Of a stretch of DNA of 64,000 nt, positions 58,594 through 64,000 are shown in pieces; position 1 is the first letter of the stretch, and every line of letters begins with the position of its first letter. The DNA comes from Candidatus Latescibacterota bacterium (GTDB taxonomy: Bacteria > Latescibacterota > UBA2968 > UBA8231). Below the pieces are notes generated by a model. It was not told the origin of the DNA. It worked only from the letters and a program-made list of their open reading frames with translations, and did not search any database. The stretch lies in assembly GCA_965223905.1 (NCBI GenBank), contig CBDCXV010000002.1, forward strand, positions 160,001 to 224,000, given 5' to 3'. A program made the translations under genes and the position numbers.

Positions 58594-60207
58594 TCACCCC
58601 CTTCCCAGCATGCGCACATCCCGCACCGTCTCGACGAGGCGGATGAACTCGCCCCGGTAGCCCCTCGGGTCATATCCCTGACCCCTCTCGGCAAGTCCGA
58701 TGACGCCCTTCAGCGTGTAGCCGCCGATATGGGGTGAGTCGCGGAGCAGCATGCCGAAGCCCGCCACCGCCGCGGCGAAGCGGAAATCGGTGGAGGGACC
58801 GGCAGGCGCGTCCACCACCGGCTGTGTAAGGAGGCGGCTCGCCGAACCGTCCGGGTCCTTGTAGCGGACCTTCACGTACATCAGCTCCTCCTCGAAGCCG
58901 CTGTCGACGGCGGTGTCGTCCTCGTCTTCCGGTTGGTAGCGGAGGTCGTCCACCGTGCCTCCGGGGACCGGGACGCCCGCGGGCACGACCTCGTACAGGG
59001 CGGTCACCGTGTGTCCGGCCCCCAGCTCGCCGGCGTCCTCGCTGTCGTCGTTGAAGTCCTCCGGGTCGAGCAGGCGGTTTTCGTAGCCGATCAGCCGGTA
59101 TCCGGCCGCCCGGGCAGGATTGAACTCGACCTGCACCTTCACATCCTTGGCAAGGGTGAGGAGGGTTCCGCCCATCTCCTCCACCAGGACCTTCCTGGCC
59201 TCCAGCAGGCTGTCGACGTAGTGGAAGTTGCCGTTCCCGTGGTCGGCGATCTGCTCCATCTTCGAGTCCTTCAGGTTCCCGGTGCCGAAGCCGAGAACCG
59301 TCAGGAAGATTCCGCTCTCCCGCTCCTTCTCGATGAGCCGGATCATCTCCTCGTCGCTGGATGCGCCGACGTTGAAGTCGCCGTCCGTCGCCAGGATGAC
59401 GCGGTTGTTGCCGCCGTCGATGTGGTGCTCGCGCGCGACCTGGTAGGCGAGCCTGATTCCCTCTCCGCCCGCGGTGCTGCCGCCGGCCCGGAGCTCTTCC
59501 AGGGCGGCGAGGATCTCCTCCCGGGCGTCTCCCGGCGTCGAGGGCAGAACCAGCCCGGCGGCGCCGGCATAGACCACGATCGCCACCCGGTCCTCGGCCC
59601 TGAGCTGCTCGACGAGGAGCGCGAAAGCCTTCTTGAGCAGGGGCAGCTTGTCGGGTGACTCCATCGACCCGGACACGTCGATCAGGAAGACCAGGTTCCC
59701 CGGCGGCAGGTCATCGGTGTCCATCGACCGCGCCCTGAGGCCGATGCGCACCAGCCGGTGTTGCGGTTTCCAGGGCGCCTCCCACACCTCGGTGGCGACG
59801 GCGAAGGGGTGCTCTCCCACAACCTCGTCCCACTCGTAGGGGAAGTAGTTGATCATCTCCTCGATCCGTACCGCGTCGATCGGCGGCCGCTGTCCATTCT
59901 CGATGAAGCGGCGCACGTTGGCGTACGAGGCCCGGTCGACGTCGATGGAGAAGGTCGACAGCGGCGACTCGCTCACGAGCTGGAAACCGTTCTCGCCGAT
60001 GGGGGCGTACGACTCGGTGTTGGAGTAGGAGGGGGGAGATATGTGCCTGTAGTCCGCGGCGGCCTCAGGGGCGGAGGACATCGACTCGGACGCCGGCGTC
60101 ATCGGGGAATTGCGGGTGCATGAGGCAAGGGCGAGGAAGCAGAGAAGGGACGAGGCCAACCCGGTGGTGGTGGCGGACCTGTTGGGTCGGGTGGGGTTCG
60201 AGTTCAT
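58594..60207 (-). CDS. VWA-domain lipoprotein (YfbK-like)
   Basis: LASC lipobox, PLSTFSIDVDRASY, DVSGSM MIDAS, LATDGDFNVG, LIGYENR. Confidence 0.93.
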   Translation of the reverse strand: MNSNPTRPNRSATTTGLASSLLCFLALASCTRNSPMTPASESMSSAPEAAADYRHISPPSYSNTESYAPIGENGFQLVSESPLSTFSIDVDRASYANVRRFIENGQRPPIDAVRIEEMINYFPYEWDEVVGEHPFAVATEVWEAPWKPQHRLVRIGLRARSMDTDDLPPGNLVFLIDVSGSMESPDKLPLLKKAFALLVEQLRAEDRVAIVVYAGAAGLVLPSTPGDAREEILAALEELRAGGSTAGGEGIRLAYQVAREHHIDGGNNRVILATDGDFNVGASSDEEMIRLIEKERESGIFLTVLGFGTGNLKDSKMEQIADHGNGNFHYVDSLLEARKVLVEEMGGTLLTLAKDVKVQVEFNPARAAGYRLIGYENRLLDPEDFNDDSEDAGELGAGHTVTALYEVVPAGVPVPGGTVDDLRYQPEDEDDTAVDSGFEEELMYVKVRYKDPDGSASRLLTQPVVDAPAGPSTDFRFAAAVAGFGMLLRDSPHIGGYTLKGVIGLAERGQGYDPRGYRGEFIRLVETVRDVRMLGRG

Positions 60208-60299
60208 GAGATCGCCTCTGGAGGAAGGGGTTGTTGAGAGGGAGCTGCCGCAACGGAGTCAGGATTCCCGGTGCGCGGGGCGCTGGCGGTCAGTCATCG

Positions 60300-61290
60300 T
60301 AAACGCAGGTCGCGCGGCCCGGAGGGCGCGGGCGGAAGGGCGCCAACCGGGAACATTGCTGGCTGTCGATTTTCTCACCCTGGTCGAAGACGAGACGCGG
60401 CTCGGCGCGCTGCGGTTCAAGGAGGCCGGCGGCGGCCCGTTTCTCACCTCGACCGGCAGGCAGGTGCCGCCGGTTGTCGACCTGCCGCGGCTGCTGTCCG
60501 CCACCACCCGCGTCATCGATGCCAACGAGACCGACGACGACCTGCGGTTGATCCTGGCCCCCGGCGCCTCGCTGGGGGGGGCTCGTCCCAAAGCCACGGT
60601 CCGCGACCGGGACGGGCACCTGCTGATCGCCAAGTTCCCGCGCCGGGACGACGACTGGCCGGTGACGCGATGGGAAGCGGCCACCATGGCCCTGGCCGAG
60701 GCGGCGGGGGTCCGGGTCGCGCCGTTCCAGCTCCTGCAGGTAGCGAACAGCCCCGTACTCATGGCCCGCGCTTCGACCGCAGGCAGGGCCGGCGTATCCC
60801 TTTCATGTCGGCGCTCACCGCAATCGAGGGGTCCGACAACGAGATGCGAAGCTATCTGGAGGTCGCCGAGTTCCTGCGGCGGGAGGGACTGAAGGTGAAC
60901 GAGGACCTGGGTCAGCTCTGGCGCCGGATCGTGTTCAACATGCTGGTGTCCAACACCGACGACCATCTGCGCAACCACGGCTTTCTCCGGGAGCAGAACG
61001 GCTGGCGGCTTTCACCGGCGTATGACCTCAACCCGGTGCCGGCCGACGTGAAGCCGCGCGTCCATGCGCTCGCGATCGACGAGACGGACGGCACGGCGTC
61101 CCTCGATACCGCATTGGAGGTCGCGCCGATGTTCGGCATTACGGGGCAGGCGGCGCGCGCGACAGCAGCCGAGGTGGGCAGGGCGGTCCGTGGCTGGCGG
61201 GATGCGGCGGCCGGCATCGGCATTTCGGCGAATGAAATCGAGCGGATGTCCAGCGCCTTCGATCACGACGACCTCGAGGCGGCGATCTGA
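60300..61290 (+). pseudogene. hipA: HipA-family kinase toxin, 5'-truncated and frameshifted (~60765)
   Basis: R.GALRF, SLGGARPKA, IAKFP, RFDR, NTDDHLRNHGF, LSPAYDLNP. Confidence 0.88.
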
Positions 61291-61476
61291 AGAAAGCGAT
61301 GATGGCACCCGTCGGAAGTGGTGTTTGCCGGGGAGCGCCATCGGCTTCGGGCGCGCGAGGCCAGGGAGCCGCAGTGCAGCCCGCTGCACCGGGTAGGAGT
61401 TGGGGGGAAACCGTCCGTAACTTGGGGCAGCGGCCGCCCGAGCAGGAGCGAACCCGAAAAACGAGAGGAGATTGAG

Positions 61477-62451
61477 ATGAAGGTCTGTCTGGTGGGAGAA
61501 GGCGCTCAGGGCATCACCCACATGAGGGCGCTGCGCGGGATGGAGGGCGTCGAGGTGGTCAGCCTGGCCGGCGGCATCGAGGCGGACGCAGAGGCCTTTG
61601 GCCGCGAGCACGGCATCGGCCACGTCTCCACCGATCTCGAGGAGTGTCTCGACCGGCCCGGGGTCGAGGCCGCGGTGATCACCAGCCCGAATCAGCTGCA
61701 CTGCGGGCAGGCGGTTACCGCCCTGGAACGGGGCAGGCACGTCCTCCTCGAGCTGCCGATGGGGCTGTCGCTGGCCGAATCCCGGCGCGTGGTGGAGGCC
61801 GAGGAGAGGTCGGGGAAGGTGGCGATGATGTGCCACACCCAGCGCTTCAGCCCGGCCTTCCGCAGGTTGCACCAGATGATCGCGGACGGCGGCCTCTACG
61901 TGCACCACATCGTGCAGCAGACCTACTTCTTCCGCCGCGTCAACGAGAACCGCTTCGGCAGGCCGCGCATCTGGACCGATGACCTGCTGTGGCACCAGGC
62001 CTGCCACATGATCGACATGGTCTACTGGCTTCTCGGCGACCCCGGCATGGAGGCGTGGGGGCGCTGCGGGCCGGTGCACGAGCGCCTGGGGGTGCCGATG
62101 GATATCTGCATCTCGCTGCGCTCGGCCGACGGCTGCCTGGTGAGCGCGGCCCAGTCGTTCAACAACCACGGCCCGATCCGGGGGGAATGGCGGTTCATCG
62201 GCGAGGAGGAGACGTACGTGACCGACGGGTCCGGGCTGCGCGATCACCAGGGGAATGAACTGCCCCTGCCGGAGGGCCCCTCCGGGGTCGAGGCCCAGGA
62301 CGGCGAGTTCTTCGCGGCCATCCGCGAGGGGCGCAAAGCGCTGACCAGCTGCTCGGAGGTGCTGCCGGTGATGGGGATCATCGACCGCGTGCAGAGGGCG
62401 ATGGACGGGCGGGAGGGGGCCCCGAGCGCCGGCATGGTGCAGTCCTCCTGA
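61477..62451 (+). CDS. Gfo/Idh/MocA family oxidoreductase (LigC-like)
   Basis: MKVCLVGEGAQG, SPNQLH, ELPM, CHTQRF, WTDDLLWHQACH. Confidence 0.92.
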   Translation: MKVCLVGEGAQGITHMRALRGMEGVEVVSLAGGIEADAEAFGREHGIGHVSTDLEECLDRPGVEAAVITSPNQLHCGQAVTALERGRHVLLELPMGLSLAESRRVVEAEERSGKVAMMCHTQRFSPAFRRLHQMIADGGLYVHHIVQQTYFFRRVNENRFGRPRIWTDDLLWHQACHMIDMVYWLLGDPGMEAWGRCGPVHERLGVPMDICISLRSADGCLVSAAQSFNNHGPIRGEWRFIGEEETYVTDGSGLRDHQGNELPLPEGPSGVEAQDGEFFAAIREGRKALTSCSEVLPVMGIIDRVQRAMDGREGAPSAGMVQSS

Positions 62452-62455
62452 CCCG

Positions 62456-64000
62456 ATGGACGGACCGGCAGCGGTTTCATCCTCTAATTCCACTGCCGTC
62501 AGGCTCAGGGGCCTGCTCCGCGGCTGGCAGCAGCGCTTCGGCCTCGACCTGCGGGCCCTGGCGCTCTTCCGCATCCTGCTCGGTCTGCTTCTGCTCGCCG
62601 ACCTGGCAGCGCGGCTGACCGATCTGCGCGTCTTCTACTCCGACGCCGGGGTGCTGCCGCGAGTCGACCTCCTCGGCAGGGTCGCCACCGGCGCGACGCC
62701 CTGGAAAGTGTCCCTGCACATGGTGAGCGGGCTCTGGGGGGTGCAGCTCCTCCTCTTCGCGAGCGCGGCGTTCTGCGCCTTCTGCCTGCTGATCGGCCAC
62801 CGGACCCGGCTCTTCACCTTCCTCAGCTGGGTGCTGCTGGTGTCGCTGCACAACCGCAATCTCACCATCCTCAACGCCGGCGACCTGCTGTTCCGGGTGC
62901 TCCTCTTCTGGTCGCTGTTCCTCCCCCTCGGGGCGCGCTGTTCCGTCGACGCGGCGATGAGGGATCCGTCAGGCGCCGGCCCGGCGCAGCGCAACGACCG
63001 CACCTGGTCGGTGCCTGCCTTCTGCTTCATGGCGCAGGTCACCATCCTCTACTGGGCGACGGCGCTTCTGAAGAACCACCCGGTCTGGACCGGGGACCGG
63101 ACCGCGGTCTGGTACGCCCTCAAGCTCGACTACATGGCGCTGCCCCTCGCGGTCCTGATGCGCGAGCTGCCTGCCGCATGGCTCGAGCTCACCACCCGGA
63201 CGACGCTCCTCGTCGAGCTCCTGGTGCCGGTGCTGATCTGGATTCCGTTCCTCGTCGGCCCGCTGCGGCTGGCCGCCTGCGTCGTCATGATCGGCATGCA
63301 CCTGGGGTTTGCCGCGACCCTGCAGATCGGGCTCTTCTCGTACATATGCAGCGCCATGTGGCTGGCTCTCCTGCCGCCATGGGTATGGGACCGGCTCTTC
63401 GCGCGCTTCCGGCGCGACTCCAGGCGGCTCGGGCTCACGATCCACTACGACGCGGACTGCGGCTTCTGCCGCCGCATGGTTCTCCTGCTGAGAAGCTTCT
63501 TCCTGCTTCCCGAGACGCGTATCGCCGAGGCCCAGGAAGACGCGGAGATCGAGCGCGACATGCGGGAACTGAACTCGTGGGTGGTCACCGACTGCGAGGG
63601 GAAGCGCCGCTACAAGTTCGAGGCTCTCAGCTACGTGCTCTCATGCTCGCCGTGGGCGTGGCCTGCCGGGAAGATCCTGGGGATGGCGCTGTTCCGGAAA
63701 ACGGGCACCTGGCTGTACGAACAGACCGCGAACCGCCGCGAGCTCATGGGACGCCTGACCGGCTGGATCCGTGCGCGACCGGATAGACCGGTGCGCAGGC
63801 CCCTCGTCTGGTTGCGGAACGGCTTTCTGCTGGCCACCCTGGCGTACGTCGTCCTCTGGAACGCCCGCATCTTCCACAACAAGGAGGTCTTCGCGGCCGA
63901 CTCGGTCGTCGGCCGGTTCTCGGCGGCGTCCGCAAGCTGGATCTACAGCCGCGACGACGAGGAGGGGAATCGAGTCGACCGCCGCTGGTACGGCCGTCTC
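62456..64000 (+). CDS. HTTM-domain membrane protein fused to DCC1-like (DUF393) thiol-disulfide domain; runs off the window
   Basis: Manual translation: FGLDLRALALFRI..FYSDAGVLPR..SLHNRN..NAGD..FLPLGARCSVD, with in-frame YDADCGFC at ~63446. Confidence 0.88.
   Translation, partial: MDGPAAVSSSNSTAVRLRGLLRGWQQRFGLDLRALALFRILLGLLLLADLAARLTDLRVFYSDAGVLPRVDLLGRVATGATPWKVSLHMVSGLWGVQLLLFASAAFCAFCLLIGHRTRLFTFLSWVLLVSLHNRNLTILNAGDLLFRVLLFWSLFLPLGARCSVDAAMRDPSGAGPAQRNDRTWSVPAFCFMAQVTILYWATALLKNHPVWTGDRTAVWYALKLDYMALPLAVLMRELPAAWLELTTRTTLLVELLVPVLIWIPFLVGPLRLAACVVMIGMHLGFAATLQIGLFSYICSAMWLALLPPWVWDRLFARFRRDSRRLGLTIHYDADCGFCRRMVLLLRSFFLLPETRIAEAQEDAEIERDMRELNSWVVTDCEGKRRYKFEALSYVLSCSPWAWPAGKILGMALFRKTGTWLYEQTANRRELMGRLTGWIRARPDRPVRRPLVWLRNGFLLATLAYVVLWNARIFHNKEVFAADSVVGRFSAASASWIYSRDDEEGNRVDRRWYGRL

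Noticed and set aside
1-64000. tRNA, rRNA, integrase or prophage genes
   Set aside because: None were recognised by eye; a tRNAscan/Infernal run would be needed to exclude small RNAs.

Overview
GC-rich bacterial window. Its eukaryote-like repeat proteins (YWTD, LRR, cadherin, FN3, ankyrin, NHL, Kelch), FlgD/dockerin modules, a TAVxxxSWGxVK C-terminal motif and several PhyH and Gfo/Idh/MocA genes suggest a host-associated (sponge-symbiont-like) Latescibacterota-type organism; this is inference. Four blocks stand out. (1) A lower-GC island at ~3.4-12.1 kb holds an apparently new peptide/bacteriocin cluster: a 74-aa precursor enclosed by an 18/19-bp inverted repeat, two ABC systems, a mini-HlyD-like protein, a CxxC redoxin, Yip1 and a TPR protein. 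(2) Two paralogous giant secreted proteins at 13.1-31.9 kb share an N-terminal chassis but end in different enzymes, a phospho-His/ATP-grasp dikinase and an M8 zinc protease. (3) A decayed or error-rich stretch at 35-45 kb carries TA modules and many broken genes. (4) A defence operon at 45.6-56.8 kb: an RtcR-like CARF/sigma54 activator is followed immediately by a consensus sigma54 promoter. The promoter precedes a type I R-M system whose HsdR has a LexA-like S24 peptidase domain inserted inside its nuclease domain, then MNT-HEPN, DUF433/PIN and an ABC-ATPase + PLD-like nuclease pair. All calls come from motif recognition by eye; no searches were run, and some frameshifts may be sequencing errors.
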